In this document: positions 29,963 through 39,109 of the stretch, piece after piece
Layout of the letters: each line of letters opens with the position of its first letter
Position numbering within the stretch: the stretch's first letter is position 1
Source of the DNA: Rhodopila sp.
GTDB taxonomy: Bacteria > Pseudomonadota > Alphaproteobacteria > Acetobacterales > Acetobacteraceae
Reading direction: 5' to 3'
NCBI GenBank assembly: GCA_025355085.1
Contig: JANXLQ010000095.1
Span: forward strand, 229-64,228
DNA length: 64,000 nucleotides
Translations under genes and position numbers: made by a program
The notes under the pieces: model-generated
What the model was told of the DNA's origin: nothing
Database searches by the model: none
What the model saw: the letters and a program-made list of their open reading frames with translations, nothing else

Positions 29963-30607
29963 ATGAACGGCCTGAAGCTACAAGATCGCTTGTATTTGGG
30001 CTTGGGACGAGCCGCCCGGTATGCCGGGCGGTCTGCCGATGCTTTTCGTCCTAACGGCCCCTTCGCCCCTCTGGACCCGATAAATAGATTTTTAAGGTTG
30101 CCTGCGACGTTTGTGTCGGCAAAAGGCAACGAGGCACGGACGATCATTTTTGGGGAGGCGCTCTGCCAGGGTATCTTCGATGGCAGTTATACGCGCGTTG
30201 GTGACTACCTCGTTATGTCAACCGGAACTTTTTTCGTGGCGTCTCAATATCCCCTGCTGCCGATCCTATGCGTCCGCACTAACCGAACAATCTCCGTTTC
30301 TCGACCGAATATGCAAAGCGCCACCGCCACAAATCCTTATGGTGGTTACACGCCGGTCAATTCAACGGTTGTCATGACCGGATGGCCCGCCAGCGTTCTG
30401 GGAGAAAATCGTTCGAGTGCGTCGGACGCCAAACTTCCCGGCGATCAGGCGGTTCCATATTGGGCTGTACTTTTGCCGGCGCCTAAAGGGATTATATTAT
30501 CACCCGGAGACATTATCACCGACGATTTGGGCCGGACGGCCGTGATCTCGGGATCGGAATTAAGCGACCTGGGCTGGCGCATCGATGCCAAAATGGCGAC
30601 GACATAA
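29963..30607 (+). CDS. hypothetical neck/virion protein
   Basis: 214 aa ORF, 3-nt gap to the previous ORF. No motif recognised. Confidence 0.3.
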   Translation: MNGLKLQDRLYLGLGRAARYAGRSADAFRPNGPFAPLDPINRFLRLPATFVSAKGNEARTIIFGEALCQGIFDGSYTRVGDYLVMSTGTFFVASQYPLLPILCVRTNRTISVSRPNMQSATATNPYGGYTPVNSTVVMTGWPASVLGENRSSASDAKLPGDQAVPYWAVLLPAPKGIILSPGDIITDDLGRTAVISGSELSDLGWRIDAKMATT

Positions 30608-31417
30608 ATGGCCGATATTTCTGACGTCGAAAACGCATTGGCAGGCACAATAACATCGATACTATATCCCTCCGGTTCATCGCAATCCAGTATCGTTGGA
30701 GTGTTGTGCCGCGTTTATCGTGGCTGGCCCAATGCGGCAACACTGAATTCAGATTTAAGTGCCGCCGTGGTGAACGTAACGGTCGTTACCGATGGCGATA
30801 CGGGCCATGTTACCACCCGATATCTTCAGGAATGGCATACTAAAAGCGCCCAACCTGGAACGACAGTGAGTGCGGCCGCGACAACCATCACAATATCGGG
30901 GAACCCGGCCGCCGGCGATGTCGTTGGCGCATTGATCGACGGTATGACTTACGTCTATCGCATTAAGGGCCGGGATATGCCCGGTTCGATAGCTTCCAAT
31001 CTCTGTCATTTAATTCAGGCCGATCGGCTGGCAACCACACACGGTAACCGGTTATCCATTCCGGGTGCCGCCGCGATCACGGTTAGGGTAGTGCGCGATA
31101 GCTCCACATCCTTCGAAAGCCGCCGTCAAGAAAAAGATCTTCGGATCATATGTTGGTGCCCTAACCCGCCAGTTCGGGACGCTGTTGCTGCGGCGATCGA
31201 TTCTGCTATCGACCGAATAAGCTTTCTGCCGCTGGCTGACGACACGACTGCGCGCGTCATCTACCGGAACACGGCCAGCTATGACCAGGCGCAAAATGCG
31301 TTACTATATCGCCGGGATATTGTTTACACGATGGAATATCCCACCGTGACGAACATTCTGCAGCCGTCGTTGTTGTTCGGGGCCTCCGAGTTAAACGGCA
31401 ACATTATATATGGTTAG
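30608..31417 (+). CDS. hypothetical neck / tail-terminator-position protein
   Basis: 269 aa ORF starting directly at the previous stop (taaatg). Assigned by position only. Confidence 0.3.
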   Translation: MADISDVENALAGTITSILYPSGSSQSSIVGVLCRVYRGWPNAATLNSDLSAAVVNVTVVTDGDTGHVTTRYLQEWHTKSAQPGTTVSAAATTITISGNPAAGDVVGALIDGMTYVYRIKGRDMPGSIASNLCHLIQADRLATTHGNRLSIPGAAAITVRVVRDSSTSFESRRQEKDLRIICWCPNPPVRDAVAAAIDSAIDRISFLPLADDTTARVIYRNTASYDQAQNALLYRRDIVYTMEYPTVTNILQPSLLFGASELNGNIIYG

Positions 31418-31426
31418 GTTTTTATC

Positions 31427-31576
31427 ATGGTTCAACATCTGGTTGTTTTGAAACCGTTCCTCGATTTTGTGCGCGGCGACGTAATAACCGAGGCCGAGAA
31501 AATTCGCCAAATCCTCGATACGGAATACAGGAAATTCATTACTAAGGTCGCGCTGCCCAATGCGCCGAAAGGTTAG
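31427..31576 (+). CDS. small hypothetical protein (49 aa) upstream of the sheath gene
   Basis: My own translation is MVQHLVVLKPFLDFVRGDVITEAEKIRQILDTEYRKFITKVALPNAPKG. It fills the gap between ORFs and is below the track size cutoff. Confidence 0.3.
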   Translation: MVQHLVVLKPFLDFVRGDVITEAEKIRQILDTEYRKFITKVALPNAPKG

Positions 31577-31581
31577 TAAAA

Positions 31582-33144
31582 ATGCCAATCGCACAGCAAG
31601 GTAGCGTCAACACAACATCCCTGATCGTACCAGACCTGTATGTTCAGATCGTCCCACCCCAGAATTTAGTACTAAACGGTGTACCCACCAACGTCGTCGG
31701 TGTGGTTGGAACCGCCTCTTGGGGGCCGGTGGACGAGCCGGCGATCGTTGGCTCGATGGCCGATTACGCCCAGGTGTTCGGTTCCATCGTGCCACGGAAG
31801 TACGATCTCGGCACCCAGGTTGCCACAGCGGTGCAACAGGGTGCCCAAAGCTTTCGTTGCGTTCGGGTGACAGATGGTACCGATGCCGCCGCCCATGCCG
31901 TTGTACCCGGCACAAACGCCAGTTTCGCAGCCGCCTACACCGGGTCACTGGGCAACAGCATCACCCTTTCGCTCGGAGCCGGGTCGCAGCCTAATACCTG
32001 GAAGTTGTCAGTCCTTCTGCCCGGTTTCGCACCGGAGGTGTACGACGGACTGGGCGGCAACGGCGCCGCTTTCTGGACCGGCCTGGCCGCAGCCGTCAAC
32101 ACCGGCATGGGACCGCAACGTGGGCCGTCCGCGCTGGTCGTGGCAAGCACAGGCGGCAGCACCGCCTCCCCGGCACGGTTCTCCTTAGGCTTGGGTTCTT
32201 CGAGCGCCGGAGCAGATGGAGCGTTAGCCGTGGGAAGCGCCCAACTGATCGGCGCAGACGTCCCGACGCGCAATGGCCTGTATGCTTTGCGCGGACAAGG
32301 GTGTGGCATCGCGCTGTTGGCGGATTGTGCCGATCCAACGACATGGACGATCCAGGCACGCTTTGGGTTGCAGGAGGGCATCTACATGATCCTTACCACC
32401 CCAGCGGGCGATACGATCGCAAATGCCGTCGCATCCATTGCAGCCGCCGGGTTAGACAGTTATTCGGCAAAATTAATGTTCGGCGATTGGCTATGGTGGT
32501 CTGATCAAGTCAATAATACTGTCCGCCTTGTCTCACCGCAAGGTTTTACAGCCGGGCGGCTTGCAAATCTATCACCCGAGCAGTCTAGTCTCAACAAACA
32601 GATCTATGGTATTATTGGAAGTCAGAGAACAGGTACCCCCGGCTCCGGGCAAAACACCGCCTATTCATCCGCGGATCTCAGCGCGTTGCTTGGGGCTGGT
32701 ATCGACGTGATCTGCAATCCTCAGCCGGCTGGTTCGTTTTGGGGTGTTCGCGGGGGACGAAATACCTCCTCGGTTCAGGCGACGAATGGCGATGACTATA
32801 CCAGATTAACCAACTATATCGCCGAAACCCTCGCAGCCGGTATGGGCCAGTATGTGGGTCAGGTCATCAACAGCAATCTGTTCAACCGTATAAGATCTAC
32901 GCAACTGTCGTTCCTGAACAATATGCTGGGTCAAGGGTTGCTTGGCAGCACCGATGGATCTCTTCCTTTCAGCGTTATTTGCGATACCAGCAATAACCCG
33001 CCTTCCCGAACCGGCCTGGGATACGTGCAGTCCGATGCCCAGGTGCAATATCAGGCGATCAACGAGCGGTTTATCGTTAATGTCGAAGGAGGACAAACCG
33101 TCCAGGTTTCTCGGCAGACCCTACCCAACGGCCAGGTAAATTAG
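31582..33144 (+). CDS. contractile tail sheath protein
   Basis: The N-terminus LIVPDLYVQIVPPQ..GVPTNVVGVVGTASWGPVDEPAIVGSMADYAQVFG is the typical sheath pattern. 520 aa, followed by a tube gene. Confidence 0.85.
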   Translation: MPIAQQGSVNTTSLIVPDLYVQIVPPQNLVLNGVPTNVVGVVGTASWGPVDEPAIVGSMADYAQVFGSIVPRKYDLGTQVATAVQQGAQSFRCVRVTDGTDAAAHAVVPGTNASFAAAYTGSLGNSITLSLGAGSQPNTWKLSVLLPGFAPEVYDGLGGNGAAFWTGLAAAVNTGMGPQRGPSALVVASTGGSTASPARFSLGLGSSSAGADGALAVGSAQLIGADVPTRNGLYALRGQGCGIALLADCADPTTWTIQARFGLQEGIYMILTTPAGDTIANAVASIAAAGLDSYSAKLMFGDWLWWSDQVNNTVRLVSPQGFTAGRLANLSPEQSSLNKQIYGIIGSQRTGTPGSGQNTAYSSADLSALLGAGIDVICNPQPAGSFWGVRGGRNTSSVQATNGDDYTRLTNYIAETLAAGMGQYVGQVINSNLFNRIRSTQLSFLNNMLGQGLLGSTDGSLPFSVICDTSNNPPSRTGLGYVQSDAQVQYQAINERFIVNVEGGQTVQVSRQTLPNGQVN

Positions 33145-33155
33145 GAGATAATGTA

Positions 33156-33584
33156 GTGGGTTTGACTTCATTCTCAATCGGCCGGGATACCCAACTGGTC
33201 GTGATGGGACCCGGCGGGCGGATCGATATCAGTCACGTCACGGCCTTCGAAAGCCGTCAGCTCACCAGTCCGATTCGCATCAGCCGGCTTGACGGCAAGC
33301 AACTGGGTGCCGAACTCCCTAAGGGCTGGGAGGGAAGCTTCGAGGCAGAGCGGGGAACGTCGGCACTAGACGATTTCATTTCCTCTCTGGAGCAGGCATA
33401 TTATAACGGCGCCGGTGCCCAAACGGGCACCATGTATCAGTACATAACGGAAACCGACGGTTCGGTATCGACCTATCAATTCGACGAGGTTGCATTCAAA
33501 CTCGCCAGTGCCGGAAGCTGGAAAGGTGATTCCAGCGTGAAGCAGAAACTTGAATTCTATGCCACGCGGAAGCGGCGAATTTGA
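33156..33584 (+). CDS. tail tube protein
   Basis: 142 aa ORF directly after the sheath gene. GTG start. Confidence 0.7.
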   Translation: MGLTSFSIGRDTQLVVMGPGGRIDISHVTAFESRQLTSPIRISRLDGKQLGAELPKGWEGSFEAERGTSALDDFISSLEQAYYNGAGAQTGTMYQYITETDGSVSTYQFDEVAFKLASAGSWKGDSSVKQKLEFYATRKRRI

Positions 33585-33943
33585 TGACCCCTTCGCAAAC
33601 AATCCTGCGCGACGCAGCGAAGGTCCTGACTGCCGTTGACCAGACAGGGCGGCGCCTGTCGCTTCGTCGCCTGACGGCACTCGATACACTGCGGCTCTTT
33701 AAGGCCGCGGGGCCGGTATTGTCCCAAAACGAACCTTGGTTATCCATGGCAGGATTGGCATTTTCAGTTCTTGAAATCGACGGGGTGCCCCAACCAGGTC
33801 CCGCGACCGAAGCCCAGATCGAAGCGCTTATCGATCGGTTGGGGGACGCCGGGCTGGCCGCAATCGCCGATACCATTATGGAAGAACCCTCGGAAACGAA
33901 TGTTGGCCCTGAAGTGGGAAACTTGCCAGGCACCCCGTCCTGA
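33584..33943 (+). CDS. tail assembly chaperone, zero-frame product
   Basis: 119 aa ORF between the tube and tape-measure genes. It contains the slippery site near its 3' end. Confidence 0.7.
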   Translation: MTPSQTILRDAAKVLTAVDQTGRRLSLRRLTALDTLRLFKAAGPVLSQNEPWLSMAGLAFSVLEIDGVPQPGPATEAQIEALIDRLGDAGLAAIADTIMEEPSETNVGPEVGNLPGTPS

Positions 33944-34098
33944 TCGATTGCCTTTATCTTATTCGAAACGGGGTGCCTTACGACGTCGCTTTTTCTCTTT
34001 CGGCAATCGAAAGAGCTGCCTACGTTATTGCCTTCGGTAATTTAGAAGGTCACAGCTTCGATTGGTCTATGGGCGAATGGACAAAATCTATTGGTTGA
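33584..34098 (+). CDS. tail assembly chaperone, -1 frameshift product (join 33584..33922,33922..34098)
   Basis: The -1 frame is open from 33913 to TGA 34096-34098. It encodes ..GKLARHPVLIDCLYLIRNGVPYDVAFSLSAIERAAYVIAFGNLEGHSFDWSMGEWTKSIG. Confidence 0.6.
33916..33977 (+). promoter_or_regulatory. Programmed -1 ribosomal frameshift signal
   Basis: Slippery heptamer G GGA AAC (33916-33922, in the zero frame), a 6-nt spacer, then a 10-bp stem ggcaccccgt (33929-33938) / acggggtgcc (33968-33977). Confidence 0.7.
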
Positions 34099-35020
34099 TA
34101 TTGGGCGCGGACTGGCGAGAAACACGCAGCCCACCAGGGTGTCGCACATGACCAAAATCGCCGCGGCTAATGCCAAACGGATTGCTTGGTCTTTGAGTTT
34201 ACAGCAGATTATGGATTTTCCAAAACATTTTCTGGCGCCAACAGCTTTCGCCTCATCCCGTCGTCGAATGCACGGCTTGAAACCGGATGCTGAGGGTTCT
34301 ACCGTTTCCCCACGCTATGTAATGACTTTTCAGGAAGCGAAGTCTCGCGGCACAGGACAATCGCCAACGCAGGGTTGGCAAAGACCCACCCCACCGGCGA
34401 GTTTCGTGGCTCGGGCAGAGGTTCGGAACTTACGTTCTGAGAACTTTACCGGGAGCCTAAGCAGAGCGATAGGCTGGAGATCTGATATTTCCTCCGCGCC
34501 ATCCTCAAAACCAATCAAGCCAATTGTGGTTTATAACAGGCAATCAAGAGCGCCCAATAGATTGCCCGAAATAGCAAACCGGCCCATCAGGAGTATGCAC
34601 GCAGCCCCCGGTAGCGCACTGGCTCCGCAACATATTCTTTCCGATGGGCCGGAAATGCGTTCTAATGCTCGATTGCGCACCGGCAATCCAGGGTTGGAGA
34701 CCGCTCAAAACTCCAACCTAGGGAACACGACCGAGCAAGATGTGTGGCAGACGGCCGGATCATTGCCCGCCGAATTTCGCGGGTCAGAGTCTAGCCTGGC
34801 GCGAGAGTCCTCGGATTCTTCCGAAGGTTCCAGCAGCGAACGGGGCATTAGCGGCGCCCAAAAAAGCCAACCCACCGTTACAATGTTGCACATTGACGGG
34901 GCCGTACTTGGCAGGTGGGCGATCCAACATCTGGAACGCGCATTAGGACGACCCACCTCCGGCATGACCGGGGTGGACCCAAGAGCCACGGTAGCGCGGA
35001 GCCGCGTTGCGCCGTTCTGA
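34091..35020 (+). CDS. putative tape measure protein, unusually short and low-complexity
   Basis: Its position after the chaperone pair is that of a tape measure. The C-terminus is TVTMLHIDGAVLGRWAIQHLERALGR. TTG start at 34091, or ATG at 34148. Confidence 0.45.
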   Translation: MVDIGRGLARNTQPTRVSHMTKIAAANAKRIAWSLSLQQIMDFPKHFLAPTAFASSRRRMHGLKPDAEGSTVSPRYVMTFQEAKSRGTGQSPTQGWQRPTPPASFVARAEVRNLRSENFTGSLSRAIGWRSDISSAPSSKPIKPIVVYNRQSRAPNRLPEIANRPIRSMHAAPGSALAPQHILSDGPEMRSNARLRTGNPGLETAQNSNLGNTTEQDVWQTAGSLPAEFRGSESSLARESSDSSEGSSSERGISGAQKSQPTVTMLHIDGAVLGRWAIQHLERALGRPTSGMTGVDPRATVARSRVAPF

Positions 35021-35072
35021 TTGATCAGCGCCTTGGGGCGAGAGTCACCCATTTATGGAAGTAACCTGACCT

Positions 35073-35807
35073 TTGAAGGATTCTCCTATCCAGATCGGAT
35101 CGATTGATCTGCAGGATTTTGAAGTCCCTTCCTCGATTCGATTTGGGGGACGGCACAGGCTTGCAGTCCATATACTTTCCAATGGCAAAAGGGCCGTTGA
35201 GCGTCTTGGTCCCGAGGACGGTGAAATTGTATTTTCGGGCACTTTTTCTGGGCCTAACGCCGAATCGCGGGTTAAATTATTCGACAATCTCCGCTTATCG
35301 GGCGAAATGGTGTGGCTGACCTGGGCCTCGTTCCGGCGCAGAGTAGTCGTCAAGAGTTTCGCCGCAAATTACCACAGTCCCTGGTGGATTCCTTATCACA
35401 TCGTCTGTACTGTTGTGCATCAATCGGGGCTGGCATCGGCAATAACTTCCGCCCTGGAGGCCCAGATATCCGCCGATTTCGGCAACGCCTTGTCGGCCGC
35501 CGCCGGGTCCGGGCTTGAATTTACGGCTTTACAAAAATCTCTTTCGGGCCAGAACGCCTTGGTCACTGGCACCTCAGATCAAATGCAGTTACTTGCCGCT
35601 GTTGGGGGATATCTCGATGCTCTGGATCTTGAAATTGCCGCGCAATCTGCCAAGCTGATCAACTCGCCAGCCTCGCACGCTCATCGGGATACAAACATCG
35701 AGGCGTTCGCGACCATCGTTGAACGGGCGGGATCTCTGGCTTTCGCTGTCGCTACCAGATCTTATATTGGGCGGATCGGCACGCATTTAAATCGCGTAGG
35801 GAACTGA
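35073..35807 (+). CDS. tail/baseplate protein, Mu gp43 (DNA-circulation N-terminal domain)-like
   Basis: FEVPSSIRFGGRHRLAVHILSNGKRAVERLGPEDGEIVFSGTFSG resembles that domain pattern. It occupies the slot after the tape measure. Confidence 0.4.
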   Translation: MKDSPIQIGSIDLQDFEVPSSIRFGGRHRLAVHILSNGKRAVERLGPEDGEIVFSGTFSGPNAESRVKLFDNLRLSGEMVWLTWASFRRRVVVKSFAANYHSPWWIPYHIVCTVVHQSGLASAITSALEAQISADFGNALSAAAGSGLEFTALQKSLSGQNALVTGTSDQMQLLAAVGGYLDALDLEIAAQSAKLINSPASHAHRDTNIEAFATIVERAGSLAFAVATRSYIGRIGTHLNRVGN

Positions 35808-35808
35808 A

Positions 35809-35994
35809 ATGAAGATTGTCACGGTGGTCGGTGGTAGTTTGTATCAGGTAGCAGCAGAACAACTCGGGTCTGCATTACAGTGGATAAATATCGCCAAATT
35901 AAACAACCTGGTCGATCCCTTTCTGTCGGGTCAGACACGATTGCTCATTCCGCCATTCTCCTCGTCATTTTCCGACGGAATCGGCCCACAGTAG
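35809..35994 (+). CDS. tail protein X-like (LysM-type, P2 gpX analogue)
   Basis: 61 aa. GGSLYQVAAEQLGSALQWINIAKLNNL..LSGQTRLLIP has a LysM-like layout. Confidence 0.6.
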   Translation: MKIVTVVGGSLYQVAAEQLGSALQWINIAKLNNLVDPFLSGQTRLLIPPFSSSFSDGIGPQ

Positions 35995-37032
35995 ATGGAT
36001 AGATTCGCAACGGGCGGTGCCGGCCTTTCTATCGTCATCAACGGCGTCCAGGTGCAGGGGCTAATGCATGCGTCGATCACGACAACGAATTGCTTTTCGG
36101 CGGATTCTTTCGCTCTGACCTTGGCCATCGGCCAACCGCCCTTAGGCGACATAGACTTCTGGGGAGCGATTTCCGTTGCGTATGTGGAAATATTTTCCGG
36201 CACGCTTAGTGATATGACGTCCCGGGTCCTGATAACGGGCATGGCGGATTCAGTGCTAATCGACCCAATACTTGGCACCATAGCGATCGAAGGCAGAGAT
36301 CTTTCCGCGTCAATGATCGATTCTTACCGGCAGCAGGATTTCGTAAACCAAACGGCTGCGGAGGTGGTGGCAACTATTGCCCAATACCACGGACTTGGTG
36401 CCGCGGTCGAGCCGACAGCGGGCAGCGTCGGACGCTATTATGGTGACGGTTACACGAGACTTTCGCTTGGCCGGTTCTCCCGTCTTCGCTCTGACTGGGA
36501 TATGGTTGTTCAGCTTGCACGGGAAAATAGTTTTGATGTTTATGTCTTGGGAACGACGTTATTTTTTTTACCCTCCGCCAGAGCGCCTAACACCCCGGTT
36601 CCTCTTGCCGTCGGTGACGTTCAGCGCGTGAGAATTGAACGTCGCTTGTCTATTGCTCCTAACACCACGGCCCGGGTCCAATCCTGGAACTCCCAGAGTA
36701 TGGCAACGTACGACAGTGGGAATCCCGCTGTTAGTAACGGTTCTGAGCAGTTCCCGAGTACACCGGGAAACCAGGCATTTCTATTTTCCGCGTCCAATAT
36801 GACATCGCAGCAGGTCACTGACGCAGCGAACCGATATACTGCGGAGTTAACTCGCCTGGAAAAGACGCTGCACATTGATATGCCATGGGATTTTACGCTT
36901 AACCCGCGAACGCCTATTTTACTATATGGAACCTACTCCGTTTTGGATGCAACGTATAAGATTGACAGCATAGAGCGGCATTATAATTCCAAGTCTGGAT
37001 CTATCCAGATCATTCGCGCAGCCGCCTTCTGA
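35995..37032 (+). CDS. baseplate hub / late control D-like protein (P2 gpD, Mu gp44 analogue)
   Basis: 345 aa, located between the gpX-like and gpV-like genes. Confidence 0.55.
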   Translation: MDRFATGGAGLSIVINGVQVQGLMHASITTTNCFSADSFALTLAIGQPPLGDIDFWGAISVAYVEIFSGTLSDMTSRVLITGMADSVLIDPILGTIAIEGRDLSASMIDSYRQQDFVNQTAAEVVATIAQYHGLGAAVEPTAGSVGRYYGDGYTRLSLGRFSRLRSDWDMVVQLARENSFDVYVLGTTLFFLPSARAPNTPVPLAVGDVQRVRIERRLSIAPNTTARVQSWNSQSMATYDSGNPAVSNGSEQFPSTPGNQAFLFSASNMTSQQVTDAANRYTAELTRLEKTLHIDMPWDFTLNPRTPILLYGTYSVLDATYKIDSIERHYNSKSGSIQIIRAAAF

Positions 37033-37074
37033 TATGACAGGTAGGCCGATGAACGCATTTCCGGGCGAGGCCCC

Positions 37075-37596
37075 ATGACCGATCGATTATCGAATGCCAT
37101 AAGAGGCCACGCCGCCAGTTTGGATCAATCGGCTGGTCAGATTAAATTTGGCACCATAACATCCGTTAATTACGACGATTCCACCGCCCGCCTAATTATC
37201 CAACCTGACGGCGTTCTGTCAGGTTGGTTGCCGGTATTGTCCCCGTGGGTTGGGGACGGTTGGGGAATGATCTGTCCACCCAGTCCAGGAGATCAGGTTC
37301 TTTTCGTGCCACAGGAAGGTGATATCGAACAGGGCGTGATCATTGGGCGCAGTTTTTCAAACAAGCAACGGCCGCCTGCCGCGCCGGACGGCGAATTTTG
37401 GCTTGTACACAAAACCGGAAGTTTTCTTAAGCTATGCAACGACGGCACGATCCAAATCAGTGGCGACCTACATGTCCGTGGCGACGTGTATGATCGGCAC
37501 GGATCAATCGCGGATCTCCGTGCGCATTACAATTCCCATACCCATCAGGTTCCTCCTCATCAAATTACCGGGGCGCCCTCGCTTTTGGACGAGTAA
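37075..37596 (+). CDS. baseplate assembly protein V / central spike
   Basis: GTITSVNYDDSTARLIIQPDGVLSGWLPVLSPWVGDGWGMICPPSPGDQVLFVPQEGDIEQGVIIG is the gpV OB-fold pattern. Confidence 0.75.
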   Translation: MTDRLSNAIRGHAASLDQSAGQIKFGTITSVNYDDSTARLIIQPDGVLSGWLPVLSPWVGDGWGMICPPSPGDQVLFVPQEGDIEQGVIIGRSFSNKQRPPAAPDGEFWLVHKTGSFLKLCNDGTIQISGDLHVRGDVYDRHGSIADLRAHYNSHTHQVPPHQITGAPSLLDE

Positions 37597-37598
37597 AT

Positions 37599-37979
37599 AT
37601 GTTCGACATTTTTCATGAATGGGGATGCGACCTCAGCGTTGGCAGTAGTGGAGACCTCGCTTTGGCGTTCGGCTCAGACGCGGTTAGCCAGCGCGTGGTA
37701 CGGCGCCTTCTAACAAATCCTCGCGGATACGTTTGGAATCTTGACTATGGGGGGGGATTAGCTCATTTCGTCGGTACGCCCGCCGCGTCCTCTAATGTAG
37801 AGGCTGTTGTGAACGCGCAATTGGCCATGGAATCCGCGATCCCACAGGACATTGCCCCGCGTGTCAGCGTCAGTGTTGTGAATGCTGCCGACGGGTATGT
37901 GGTCGCCGATATTATTTATGCCGATCCATTTTCGGCCCAGCCGGTTGCCCTTAGCGTCACTGCGGGCCGACCGGCATGA
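37599..37979 (+). CDS. baseplate wedge protein, gp25/GPW-like
   Basis: 126 aa with GDLALAFGSDAVSQRVVRRLLTNPRGYVWNLDYGGGL. It precedes the J-like gene with an ATGA overlap. Confidence 0.55.
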   Translation: MFDIFHEWGCDLSVGSSGDLALAFGSDAVSQRVVRRLLTNPRGYVWNLDYGGGLAHFVGTPAASSNVEAVVNAQLAMESAIPQDIAPRVSVSVVNAADGYVVADIIYADPFSAQPVALSVTAGRPA

Positions 37980-39109
37980 AGCTTAACCTCAAGGGATTCT
38001 CCCAGCTTGTTCAGGACATGGGGGCGACCCTTCAGAGTTCCGGAACTACTCTCGTAGATATATCGGTTGGATCCGTGGTTCGCGCGATATTTGAAGCAAA
38101 CGCTTCAGTTGTTCTTTGGATGCAGTGGCTGGTGCTTCAAGTCCTGCAATCAACCCGAGCCGCGACATCACGAGGATCCGATCTGGATTCGTGGATGTTG
38201 GATTTTGGCCAAACCCGCCTTCCGGCTGTTCCGTCCACAGGTATCGTTAGATTTTCTCGCTTTTCTGCGAATCTTCCAGCTAAAATTCCATTAGGAACCG
38301 TGGTTAAGACCGCCGATGGCGCTTTAAGTTTTGCGGTCACGGAAGATGCTGACCTTTCGATCTGGCAACATGCTGCCTCGGGTTATGTTTTACCGAGCGG
38401 TGTGGTCTCCGGGGAACTACCTGTGGTTTGCACGGTTGGCGGATCGGTGGGCAATGTTTTGGCTGGTTCGATCGATGTGATAGCGTCTTCCCTTCCCGGC
38501 ATCGATTTAGTTCGCAACACCAGTGCGCTAACAAATGGAACCAACTCGGAAGACGACGCCGCATTCCGCAATCGATTTCAGAATTATCTGGCGAGCCTTT
38601 CCAAGGCTACGCTGACCGCTGTGTTGCATGCGACGGCCAACGTCCGCCAAGGTCTGGATGTCGTGATCGAAGAAAATGTTTCTGCCGACGGTGCCGCACA
38701 AATTGGCTCGTTTGCCGTAATCGTCGATGATGGCACCGGCTTTCCGTCATCCGATCTTTTATCCAGTATTGCCAGCGCGGTCGATTCCGTACGCCCTATC
38801 GGAACCAGATTCTCCGTGTCCGCGCCCCGGGTGCAGGTCGTCAATGTGTCGTTGACAGCTAGCCTAACATCGGGAATCGGCAATGCTGAATCTGCTGCCA
38901 GCATCGAAAATCACATAAGGTCTTACCTTAACAGTCTGCACATCGGACACGGCGCGTCGATGACGCGTGTCGCTCAGCATGCTTACCTGGCTGACAATGT
39001 CGATAATATCACGGCAGTTCAGTTGAATGGCGGGTTAGCGGACATCGTAGGCGCGCCTGCCGCCGTCATTAAAGCGGGCCAAATCGTGGTGACAACCCAT
39101 GACGGGTGA
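37976..39109 (+). CDS. baseplate J-like protein
   Basis: 377 aa. The N-terminus FSQLVQDM..LVDISVGSVVRAIFEANA..ATSRGSDLDSWMLDFGQTRLPA is typical of the Baseplate_J family. Confidence 0.75.
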   Translation: MKLNLKGFSQLVQDMGATLQSSGTTLVDISVGSVVRAIFEANASVVLWMQWLVLQVLQSTRAATSRGSDLDSWMLDFGQTRLPAVPSTGIVRFSRFSANLPAKIPLGTVVKTADGALSFAVTEDADLSIWQHAASGYVLPSGVVSGELPVVCTVGGSVGNVLAGSIDVIASSLPGIDLVRNTSALTNGTNSEDDAAFRNRFQNYLASLSKATLTAVLHATANVRQGLDVVIEENVSADGAAQIGSFAVIVDDGTGFPSSDLLSSIASAVDSVRPIGTRFSVSAPRVQVVNVSLTASLTSGIGNAESAASIENHIRSYLNSLHIGHGASMTRVAQHAYLADNVDNITAVQLNGGLADIVGAPAAVIKAGQIVVTTHDG

